Shown here: positions 53,116-64,000 of the stretch, piece after piece
How positions within the stretch are numbered: position 1 is the stretch's first letter
Layout of the letters: every line of letters starts with the position of its first letter
Source of the DNA: Octopus vulgaris
Taxonomy: Eukaryota
Direction of reading: 5' to 3'
DNA: 64,000 nt
NCBI GenBank assembly: GCA_951406725.2
Contig: OX597837.1
Location: 34,968,001-35,032,000 of the forward strand
The notes under the pieces: generated by a model
Told to the model about the DNA's origin: nothing
The model's input: only the letters and a program-made list of their open reading frames with translations
Databases searched by the model: none
Position numbers and translations under genes: made by a program

Positions 53116-53117
<2 letters not shown>
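52890..53117 (-). mobile_element. Full-length family A SINE inserted in (TA)n
   Basis: Same sequence family as 48230-48458. Confidence 0.88.
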
Positions 53118-53149
<32 letters not shown>

Positions 53150-53826
53150 CTATATATGCACATACACACACATATTTATATAGTGCCAAAAAAAATACAG
53201 GAACATCAAAAAGTCCAGTTCTGCACACACCCATTTCACCAGCTTAGCCACCCTCTTATGAGAACAAAAACATATTGAACATTTAATTCCATTCTTCTTC
53301 CTGCTAATTATATATGCAATTCCATTATTCAAATAACATTTGTTGTTGTTGCTGTTGTTGTTGTTGTTGTTGTTTTGTGTTGTGTATTGATTTAATTTTG
53401 TTGTTCTTTTTTTTCTTCTTTCGAAACAAATTTGGTTTTGAACATTTCCAGACTTATTGATCAGTTTCGAATATATTTTTTTTGCGTTATCTTTTTATAC
53501 AGTGTATTTTATTTTATGCTGTTTTGTTTTGCTTTTTGTTTCGTGTTTCATATACTTTTATTGTATTTTTATTGCTACAAGTGATTCTTATGAAAAGCTC
53601 CAGGTTTTTATATTGAATAAGGGTTTAAACTGTTGTGTATCTACTCAATGTGTCTTTGAGTTAGAATTCCATTCTCAAAGACTACATTGCTGTGCTGCCT
53701 CGAAGAAAAGATTCCCAAAAAAAAAAAAAAAAAAAAAAAAACTTACACAAAACAAAAACAAAAAAAAATGTAGTACACTGAAACAAATGTGTAAATGTGT
53801 TTTTTATCTAAAATGTGCATGTACGT

Positions 53827-53859
<33 letters not shown>

Positions 53860-54734
53860 AGTTACATCATCATCATCATCATCATCATTTAAATCTGCTC
53901 ATGATAAAGATAATACCGATTGATGTACATTATTCAGACTTAGTTCCAGAAATGCTAGACAACGGCATTCTATCCCCATCCCTTCCCCTCTCTCTCACTC
54001 TCTATCTATCTCTCTCTCTCTCTCTCATGCACACACACAGATATATATATTGACCCGCCCCCACCCCACCCCCTGCACCAGACACACATACTTGCATACA
54101 CAAAAATATGCACGAATCTCTAATTGTACATGCTTTTTTTTTTCAAAACAAAACAAAGAAAAAAAAACACACACACACAAAAAAAAAAGATATATATATA
54201 TGTAACGAATACAAAAAAAATAAAGAATTTGCATTTCTAAGAACCTCCATACGCTTCTATGTATCTATGTGTATACGGATGTGTCTGTGTTGGTATGTGC
54301 AGTAGAGAGTGTGTGCATTTGTGTGTGTTGGTTTAGAAGCATGGCAGACGAGAAAACTCCAATGCCAATATAAATCTAGGTTGATTCCCATTTGGAACAG
54401 TACAACGGTAATCACCAGTGTTGTTTTTGTTGTTAGATTATATGTGGAGAAGACAAAATTTGAACTCAGATATGTCTCAGATCACATATCTTTCGCAGAA
54501 AAATAGCTTTTGATCCAAAATCAAACCAGTCTTAAATTGAAGAAATGTTTTGGTTTTTTTTAGCATTTTGCTTCTGATTCCGACACGTTAATATAATTTT
54601 ACTCAAATACTTTAACAGAGCAAGAAGATGGAAGAAATCCATGTTATTGCAAAGAATATACTAATATTACTCAGTTAAAGTATTTGAGTAAAATCATATT
54701 AATGTGTCCGACTGATTAAAATTCTATTTATTTG

Positions 54735-54820
54735 TGCAGCTGATGATAGCCCTGCATTTAAATTGATGGAATGATTGCATTGTTCAATTAAATGGAGCCA
54801 CTTGAAACGGTTGTACTGCA
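54735..54820 (+). ncRNA. Type I hammerhead ribozyme motif with an intact catalytic core
   Basis: TGCAG-CTGATGA-[long stem II with CATTTAA/TTAAATG]-GAAAC-GGTT-GTA-CTGCA. Perfect 5-bp stem I, GUA triplet ending at 54815. The base of stem II is imperfect. Confidence 0.7.
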
Positions 54821-55705
54821 TCACTTGTTGATATCCTGTTGTGTGTGTATATATGTATGTATTGTATATTTATATGAGTGTGTTTGTGTATTGTGTGTGT
54901 GTATATATATATATATATAAAAATACAAACTGGGACAAGAACGCAAAACATTTAGAAGACGATACAAAAAAACACAGACGGGTCATTCAAAGCCTTCAAT
55001 CTTCAGTCAAGAACCGGATCATCCTCACAATTTCGGCTGATTAATCTTGAGATTGCTCCAATCTGGCCAGCTCCAAGGAAAAACTAAGCTAAGCGCATTA
55101 GATTCCTTGGAAAAAAGCTTCAAATGTATACGAAACAAGGACGGAAAAACGATGTTACATGAATATGAATACAAAAATAATACGAAAAAACAACAATAAT
55201 AATAATAATAATAATAATAATATATGGTTGTGATGCATGTGCCTGGTGTACCCTTATCAGACGGGTAGTCATGATGGGTATACTGGGCTTCGTATATTTT
55301 ACCCCAGTGTCACTTTGATGGCATGCTCTGCTCGCTCACTCAATAATAATAATAATAACAGGACCTCACAACAGGCGTCTTTCAACTTAGATGAATTAAA
55401 CTCAGCTGGCGTGTTAGGAATATGTCTTGGGGCAGAGAAAAAATGTTACCACGACCGATGCCAGACCCAAAAGGCCAGTAGTCGGTCAGTCAGTCACGTG
55501 TGAAAAGAAGGGAGAGGAAAAGAGGGACAGAGGAATTAAGGAGGGGGAGAAGAGAGAGAGCACGAGAAAAAGAGACAGGGACAAAGTGAAGTGCAAAGTA
55601 AGAAAGACAAAGAAATGTAGGAGAGGGGGGAGAGAGACAGTGTTGTAGAGTCGTACCAAGTTTAGAGAAATGTGTACTTACTCAAGAGAGAGGGTACGTA
55701 CGCCG

Positions 55706-55745
<40 letters not shown>

Positions 55746-55799
55746 CAAACTGGGACAAGAACGCAAAACATTTAGAAGACGATACAAAAAACACGGACG

Positions 55800-56026
55800 A
55801 TGTATATAAATTAGAGAAGAACCAACTTTTTATCAATTCAACAATGAAATAACAATGATATAATTAAATTATACCATATAGAAAAAAATTAGATATACAA
55901 TAAAAACATAAGGTATATGTTTTTATTGGATATCTAATTCTTTTCTATATGGTATAATTTAATTATATCATTGTTATTTCATTGTTGAATTGATAAAAAG
56001 TTGGTTCTTCTCTAATTTATATACAT
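55800..56026. repeat. Near-perfect palindrome: 111-bp arms, 5-nt loop, 2 mismatches seen
   Basis: ATGTATATAAATTAGAGAAGAACC...AAAACATA-AGGTA-TATGTTTT...GGTTCTTCTCTAATTTATATACAT. Confidence 0.95.
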
Positions 56027-56167
56027 ATATTATATATTGTGAAATTTGATTTAGTATTACTAAATTCAATTTTTCCCTGTAAGTTTGGAATAATATTCCC
56101 CATTATTATTATGATTATTATTATTATTATTATAAAACATGTGCCAAGAGTGAAAAAAAAATATCTT

Positions 56168-56756
56168 ACATGTTTAGAGTGATTGCTAGTGATGGCAACG
56201 TTATGCCTCCATTCATCTTCCCACACAGCCTCAGTCTCAACACAGAGGCCTAAATCAAGTGCCTGGAGGAGGTAGTGCTGCCCCTGGGTCAAGAAGGTGG
56301 TTGCTGAAAGACCCTATGTCTAGCAACAGGACTCTGCACCTTGCCACACAAGCAGGAGAACCCAGTCATGGCTGTCAGATAATTTCTGCGACCACATCAC
56401 CCCTAACATCTGGCCACCTAACTCCCCAGACTGCAATCCCCTGGATTATTATGTGTGGGGTGCAGTTGAGCAAAAAAACCAACAAAATTCCTTGTAACAC
56501 CAAAGATGATCTAAATGCAAGGATTATGGTAGCATTCACCAACTTAAACAAGGACACCATCCAGACAGGTTGCAGGAGATTCCAAAGTCGCCTAGAGGCC
56601 ATGGTTGAAACCAACGGTGATTTTATTGAATAAATTTACTCTTTAGTATTCCAAGATATTTTTATGTAATTTTGGTAAATATATCGGTTAAAATGAGATG
56701 TCAGTGTTATTTTCATTTTTGTGTAAATCAGATGACAATCTATTCACTGCACACTG
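56168..56756 (+). pseudogene. 3' half of a DD37D (maT-type) Tc1/mariner transposase with its right TIR
   Basis: QQDSAPCH...WPPNSPDCNPLDYYVWG has 37 residues between the second and third D. Stops and frameshifts are present. Ends ...CACACTG-TA. Confidence 0.85.
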
Positions 56757-56776
56757 TATGTATATATATATATATA

Positions 56777-57428
56777 CGTGGTCTGATCAATAAGTATTTG
56801 GATTGTTGCCATAGTAACGAAGCTAAAGCATGCAGAGTGAAGCCGCTTGGGACAGATTGGCCTTGAACTCTGCTGTGAATGTGCACTAAGTTTTAACATT
56901 CTAGCTCACTTCTGATTTTTATGCAGTGCTTGGAAGGAACGTGTGTAGCATGTGATTGTTGCAATGACCATGAACCAGCATCAAATTCTGCCAAAATCTT
57001 GGTTATACTTACACAGAAGCCTATGCAAAATTGCCAAGTTTGTGCCAAAACTGCTTTCAGCTGACAACACACCTGCCATACAGCACAGATTGTGCATCGG
57101 TTTTTGGCTAGGCACAGCATTCCCTGAGTCCTACAGCGACCACATTCCCCAGATCTCACCATTTGTGATTTCTTTCCTCTTTCCAAAAATCAAATCCCAC
57201 TTGAATGGAAGAAGATTTCAGGCCATCGAGGAAATCAAAAGGAATGCAATGATGCAGCTGCTGATTATCCCAGAAAACAAGTTCCAGGAATGCTTCCATC
57301 AATGGACACAGTGCTGGATTAAGTGTGTGGCTTCCGAAGGGGACTACTTTGAAGGAGATTAAATGCCAAATTGGTACATGTAGTTTTGTTTCTATAGCAC
57401 CAGTCTGGATACTTATTGATGAGACCTC

Positions 57429-57429
<1 letters not shown>
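56777..57429 (+). mobile_element. Internally deleted mariner element with both TIRs
   Basis: TIRs CGTGGTCTGATCAATAAGTAT / ATACTTATTGATGAGACCTCA. Encodes AKFVPKLL, HSPDL..CDF and FPKIKSHLNGRRF...CVASEGDYFEGD*. Same family as 42766-43656. Confidence 0.88.
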
Positions 57430-57502
<73 letters not shown>

Positions 57503-57506
<4 letters not shown>

Positions 57507-57708
57507 CATCATCATCATTGTTCGACCGTGGTCGAGACAATGGATTTTGCCATGCTACGCCAGACTTCACGGTCCATCATAGCATTACGGAGGTCCTGTT
57601 GCTGGATGCCTGTATCCCTGGAGATTACATCAGGGTAGGAGAGTGTGTGCCCTCTGGTATTGCGAGTAGATGGCTTCCAGAGGAGAAGAGGAGAAATTGC
57701 CTCGTTTT
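57503..57708 (-). mobile_element. 5'-truncated LINE 3' end (RTE-like) with an open ORF terminus and (TGA)n tail, inserted in (CA)n
   Basis: LLLWKPS..RGHTLSYPDVISRDTGI..DLRNAMMDREVWRS..* followed directly by the (TGA)n tail. Confidence 0.7.
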
Positions 57709-57944
57709 CACACACACACATACATACATAAAAACATCTCTATATGTATCTAAAAATATATATGACATCCCTTGCAAATGTTATATATGGACACAAATTG
57801 TGTATCAATAGCCAGCTGGTAAAGATGTTTTCCTGATGCTAAAACATCAGGAACATCGTCCTATATAGGACTGCCACGCTATGTAGGCATATAAACATTA
57901 CTATTCAGTACTGTTACTGTATTTCTCTCGCTCAGAGATTTAAA

Positions 57945-57995
<51 letters not shown>

Positions 57996-58222
57996 AAACA
58001 TTTTTTCTGTTGTTTTTTTACATGAAAACAAATGTACGTGAGTGTGTGTTTGTTTACATTTTTTAAAAATTTTCTGAAAATCACTGAGTTGCTAGTGATC
58101 ATGTCGTGATTATCTTGTCAGCAAACCATCTGTATGGGCCAGTAAATTTGAATATATATGATATCTACTATACAGACACAAACAAACACACACACACATG
58201 TATACAAACATACATACATTTA

Positions 58223-58259
<37 letters not shown>

Positions 58260-58724
58260 CCGTGTGTGTGCGTATCTTTTTTCTTTCATTTTTTGGTTTC
58301 AATCATTAGTCCATGGCCATACTGGGGCACCACTTTGATGAATTTTAGTCAAACAAATCAACCTCATTACTTAATATCATTTTGTAAAATCTTATTCTAT
58401 CGGTCTCTTAGGCTGATATGCTAAGTTATAGGGATGTATCACACCAACACCAGTTGTTAAATGGTCGTGGAGCACAAACACATACACAAAGACACGCACA
58501 TATGTCAGATAAGTGTGTGTGTGTGTGTGTGTGTATGACAGGCTTCTTTCAGTTTCCGTCTACCAAATCCACTTACAAGGCTTTGCTCAGCCCAAGGCTA
58601 TAGTAGAAAACACTTGCCCGAGGTACCGCAGAGTGGGACTGAACCCGGCACCATGGCACACCTGGTTTTAAACAATTACAACTATACATAGTTGACAATG
58701 AGTACTGTCATGGAGATGCAAGAG

Positions 58725-59330
58725 ATAATGACATAGTGGCGATGATGATGCTTGTGGTGGTTACAATGATGGTGACGATGAAGATAATGATGATAATGTG
58801 ATGATGATGATAACGGTGATGGTGATGATGAAGACGAAGATGATGATGACAGTAGTGATGATGATGACGACAATGATGACAATGATGTTGATGACAGCAT
58901 CAATGATAATGCCAATAATGATGATGATGAAGGGGAGAAGATGAAGATGCTTGTGGTGGTTACAATGATGGTGACGATGAAGATAATGATGATAATGGTG
59001 ATGATGATGATGAAGACGAAGATGATGATGATAATAGTGATGATGATGATGATGACAATAATGACAATGATGTTGATGACAGCATCAATGATAATGCCAA
59101 TAATGATGACGATGAAGTGGTGGTGGTGGTGGTGATAGGGTGGGGGAGAAGATGAAGATGGTGATAATGTAGATGAATGATACGACAATGATCGTAGTGA
59201 AAATGATGATAACAGCATTAGTGATTTCGATCACAATCATAATGCTGATGATGATGTTGATGATGATGGCAATGCTAACGATAATGATAACAATTTTGAA
59301 AGCAACGATAATGGAAGTGATAATGGCAAT
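58725..59330. repeat. Degenerate (GAT)n tract containing a ~200-bp internal duplication
   Basis: GATGCTTGTGGTGGTTACAATGATGGTGACG occurs at ~58747 and ~58946. Confidence 0.85.
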
Positions 59331-59514
59331 GGGGAAAAGGAGAAAGATGACAATGAAAATTATGTTAATGGATAAAAAAGAAACACGAGAAGATGTTTAT
59401 TTGGATTTTAATTACATTTGTCAAAAGAAATAAGGCAATTTATGATGACTGTCAGATAATTATAAAATTTCCAAGGGAAAATTCATAGATATTTGTTAAA
59501 TCCTTTGCGCATGC

Positions 59515-59542
59515 ATGCATGTGTGTGTGTGTGTGTGCATGC

Positions 59543-59574
<32 letters not shown>

Positions 59575-59578
59575 ATGC

Positions 59579-59614
<36 letters not shown>

Positions 59615-59618
59615 ATGC

Positions 59619-59652
<34 letters not shown>

Positions 59653-59688
59653 ATGCTTGTGTGTGTGTGTGTGTGTGTGTGTGCATGC

Positions 59689-59720
<32 letters not shown>

Positions 59721-59778
59721 ATGCTTGTGTGTGTGTGTGTGCATGCTTGTGTGTGTGTGTGTGTGCATGCTTGTGTGT
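59515..59778. repeat. (TG)n array punctuated by GCATGCTT
   Basis: Direct reading. Confidence 0.92.
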
Positions 59779-59966
59779 CTGCGTTTGTCACTTGATGACC
59801 GATGCTGGTTTGTGTACGTCCCCCGTAACTTAGCGGTTCGGCAAAAGAGACCAATAGAATAAGTACTAGGCTTACAAAGAATAAGGTCCTGGGGTCGATT
59901 TGTTTGACTAAAGGCTGTGCTCCAGCATGGCTGCAGTCAAACGACTGAAACAAGTAAATGAATATG

Positions 59967-60005
<39 letters not shown>

Positions 60006-60446
60006 ATGTTACATTTAGATTATGTACAAGTGTGTGTGTGTGAGAGAGAGCGAGAGAGAGGTGGGTGAGTGTGTGTGTGTGTGTGTGTCTGTGCATGATT
60101 CTAAACTTGTATGTGTGCGTAGGAGACTGTCTGAATAAAGCCTCTTGTTAAAGAATAATACAGGAATACAATATTGCACAAACCTACTCAATGCGAGGCA
60201 CAATAAGAGAGATAAATGGGAGAGAAAAAAAAGAAAAGCGATGCCAGACATCACCCACACACACACGCAACAAAAGGCCTCATGAGTGTGTCAGTGTGTG
60301 TGTGTGTGTGTGTGATTCATTTGTTCACATATATTTACATATACAAACATATAAACGCATATTTATATTCTCACATACATACCTACATGCTATATAATTC
60401 ATTTATTCATACACATTTACATACACAAGCATATACAAATGTGTGT

Positions 60447-60530
<84 letters not shown>

Positions 60531-60959
60531 AGAGAGAGAGATAGAGGGAGAGAATCACAAACATACAGATATATGCATACATACATATAAAATTCATTTA
60601 TTCACATATATTTACATATATCAGCATATACAAATGTGTGTGTGTACAGATAGACAGACAGACAGACATAGAATATATATATAAAGTTGCAAATATCCAA
60701 AACAAGTTACAAGATATAGAAAAAAAAATTAATAAAGAGCAGAAAATGCACAGTTCTTTTTGTATTGTAATTAATTAAATCATTCCATCATAAATTATAT
60801 AGAACCAAAACTGTTTCAAATTACATTATCACACATTCCAAAGCACATTATCACATACTGATTTCATAATACATACACACACCTGGAATCCTACTCTTAA
60901 AAAAAAACCACATGCTTCCCAATGAATTATACAAACAAAATTCGTCACATATGTGAGTG

Positions 60960-61020
<61 letters not shown>

Positions 61021-62255
61021 TGGACTCTCATGCCATTAGGCGACATATGGGGATTTGACAATTGCTTAACGAACAACCACACAGATGATTTGTTTATAGT
61101 GATCAAATGTTTGTGCACATGTAAGCTCACTCCCTCCAGCATATTGACATTATGTGCACAGGTGCACCGTGTACCACATGTAAGATGAATGATCACAGAG
61201 CAACGTCAAATAAAGTGCTTTGCTCAAGAACAACAGAATGCCCAGTCTGGGAATCAAACCCCTGATCTCGCAATCCTGAGTGCAACACCCTAACCACTGA
61301 GCCATGTGTGGTTACTTTCTAACCACATGGCTATGGAGCAATCCCACCGTGCGGCAACTTTCGGGCAAGTGTTTGGTGCTATAGCCGTGGGTCAACCAAA
61401 ACCTTGAGTAGATTTGGTAGATGGAAATTGAAAGAATCCCACCATGGCAGGGGGGGGGGGGCAAATGACTATGTGTGTGAGTGAGTGTATACTTGTATCC
61501 CTTTGTCCTGACATCATGTGGTAAATATTGTAAAACGAATGTCATTTGTTTCCAATATTATGCAAAATCATGTTGGCCCGTAGGAATTATTACCTTGCTG
61601 AGAAACAGGCAACGGTTGGCAACAGGAAGGGCATCCAGTCACAGAAAATCTGCCTCAATGACCACTTGAGGTCATAATGTACGTTTATGCACATACATTT
61701 ACACACACAGGGTTTTAAAAGTGCCTCCACCAGAACATGCACTCACTAACACACCTGCAAGCCTAGAATTCAAACAACACATGCCCTCCATCGAATGATA
61801 CAAATTTCTATAGATTCCTCTACCCTCACCCTTCTCATAATAAATCCCTTCATCCCCTGGCATATAGCTGACACCCACCTACCCCAACGCTCACAGTCCT
61901 GCAAACCACCTGGTAACCTCAATAGCACAGGTGGAATGAAAAAAAGCGTCCCAGGGCATACTATAAAGTGGTCGGTGTGAGGAAGGGTGTCCAACTGTAA
62001 AAACCATGTCAAAGCAGACATTGAAGCTCAATGCAGTCCTTGAACACATTGATTAGTATCAAACTGTACAAATCATTCCACCATGGAACAGGGATGTTAA
62101 ATGATGATGATGACGATGATATATATAGTCTCAAACATTCTAGCTGTAACCAATAAACTTGACATACACCAACAGGCATATGAACTTCAGGTGTTGAAGC
62201 ACATACACACAAATTCACACAATACATAAATATCTATACCTACATTTATATCTAT

Positions 62256-62301
<46 letters not shown>

Positions 62302-62612
62302 TTTTATTTGTTTGTCATTTGACTGCGGCCATGCTGGAGCACTGCCTTTAGCCGAACAAATCAACCTGAGAACTTATTCTTTGTAAGCCTAGTACTCATT
62401 CTAGCGGTTTCTTTTTACCAAACCATTAAGCTACGGGTACATAAACACACCAGCATCAGTTGTCAAGTGATAGTGCGGGGACAAACACAAACATATACAT
62501 ATATATATATGACAGGCTTCTCTTCAGTTTCCATCTCCCAGATCCACTCACAAGGTTGTCCCGAGGTTATAGTAGAAGACACTTGCCAAGGTGCTACTTA
62601 TCACACAGCCAC

Positions 62613-62652
<40 letters not shown>

Positions 62653-64000
62653 ATATAATATATATATATACACACACACATGTACATGATTCACATGAAG
62701 TAAAATTTTCTATGGTTGGATGCCCTTCTTGTCATCAACCCTCACCTGTTTGCAAGCATGACAATATTTCCCCCATGGCCAGACATGTCTTTCACAAAAG
62801 ACTGGAAATGAACACTCTCGCTTGTGTGATGATAATGCTCTTTTACAACCATCATGCCATATCAAGATAAGAAAAGACACACACAAACAAAAACACACAC
62901 ACATACACACACACACGATGGGCTTCTTTTGGTTTCCATCAACCAAATCCACTCACAAAGCTTTGGTCAGCCTGGGGTTACAGTAGAAGACATTTGCCCA
63001 GGGAACCATGCAGCAGAACTGAACCCAAGACACAGAATGGGGAAACTTCGTGGGGAAACTTCTTAACCACACACCCACACCTGGCTCTCTATGTACATAT
63101 TATGTGTGTGTGTATACAAACATACATAAATATATATACATGCACTCATTGGCAGACAAGCACATTCACTCCAAGACAAGATGGCACATGGTTAAGAAAA
63201 AGGACTCAGTACACTTTAGCTACATCCAACCCCACACCCATAAGGTATAACAGACATTAGAAAGATGATGATGATGATGCTGATGATAACCACACATTCT
63301 TTCATCCACATAGTAACTAATCTAAACATACATTTATATACACTCCTCCCACATACAAACACACACCCTATGTAAATAAACACAATGCTTACTAGAAATA
63401 ATGATATCATATAAAATTAATAGCTTTCCATCATTAAATTCCTTGAGAACAGTATTGCCCTCATCAAGATCTTATGAATAAATTATGAACGCTTTTGTTT
63501 TGCTCTTTACTTCTTCTTATTTTTTTCTTCCTTACCATTCTTCAGTATACTTTGTTCGACCACTAAAACTCTGCAGACAGAATTCTCATACAACACATTT
63601 GAGATTAGACCAATGTTTGCCAATTGATAAAATAATGGTTCGCTTTTCTTTTTGTTTAATTTGAGGAACTTGTTTGCTTTCTTTCTTTGCTATCTGTTTT
63701 TTTGTTTTTTTTTTACCTTCTAAATTTATTTATGATTCATTTACCGATTCCTTTATTTTCATTTTGGAGGGAGTTTTTTTTTTTTTTTGTTATTACTGCC
63801 ATCATCACCATCAGTAGCAACATCATTATTACCATTAGTATTGAGCTTTTTTTTGTTCGTTTTTATATCTTCTTTCTCAATAATCAGCTAAAACGATTAG
63901 CATAAATTAAAAAAAAAAAAAGAAAGAAAGAAACAAGAACACGAATAAATTGTTTCAAAACCTTTTAAAAGATCTTGCTAAAATATCAGAAACATCTAGA

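Noticed and set aside
53330-54240. 3' UTR of a gene (similar A/T-run-rich stretches at 4.3-5.2 kb and 63.4-64 kb)
   Set aside because: The composition is suggestive only. No upstream coding exon or distinctive poly(A) site can be supported without RNA data.
54975-55060. Hammerhead on the minus strand (CTGAAGA, CCGAAA)
   Set aside because: I could not close stems I, II and III in any topology.
56952-57362. Functional transposase or SETMAR-like gene
   Set aside because: Large internal deletions, frameshifts and missing catalytic residues make it a relic.

Overview
A 64-kb AT-rich eukaryotic region with few or no genes, most likely intronic or intergenic DNA of a coleoid cephalopod (octopus-like). 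The taxon is inferred from the SINE families and the extreme (TA)n/(CA)n/(GAT)n microsatellite load. No host gene can be called with confidence. Nearly all listed ORFs come from microsatellites or low-complexity DNA, and only three weak exon candidates were seen. The window is a layered deposit of mobile DNA: several tRNA-derived SINE families (some with clean TSDs), elements with an RTE-type tail, decayed LINE pieces (RTE, R4/Dong-like), mariner and DD37D transposon relics, hAT, piggyBac and Tc1 MITEs, and one complete non-autonomous Helitron. The most interesting signal is about ten minimal type I hammerhead-ribozyme (HHR) motifs of the form CUGANGA...GAAA..NUH. They come from several unrelated small elements, mostly next to (TA)n tracts, and often lie in fold-back inverted repeats (about 10.1, 11.1-11.7, 26.1-26.4 and 50.4-50.6 kb). 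One sits behind a tRNA-like Pol III head. Other notable structures are an 8-unit tandem array made by a SINE inserting into its own family (2.1-3.6 kb), a 78/79-bp two-variant minisatellite, a near-perfect 227-bp palindrome, and a mariner derivative made of two left ends. All coordinates were read by eye and may be off by a few bases.
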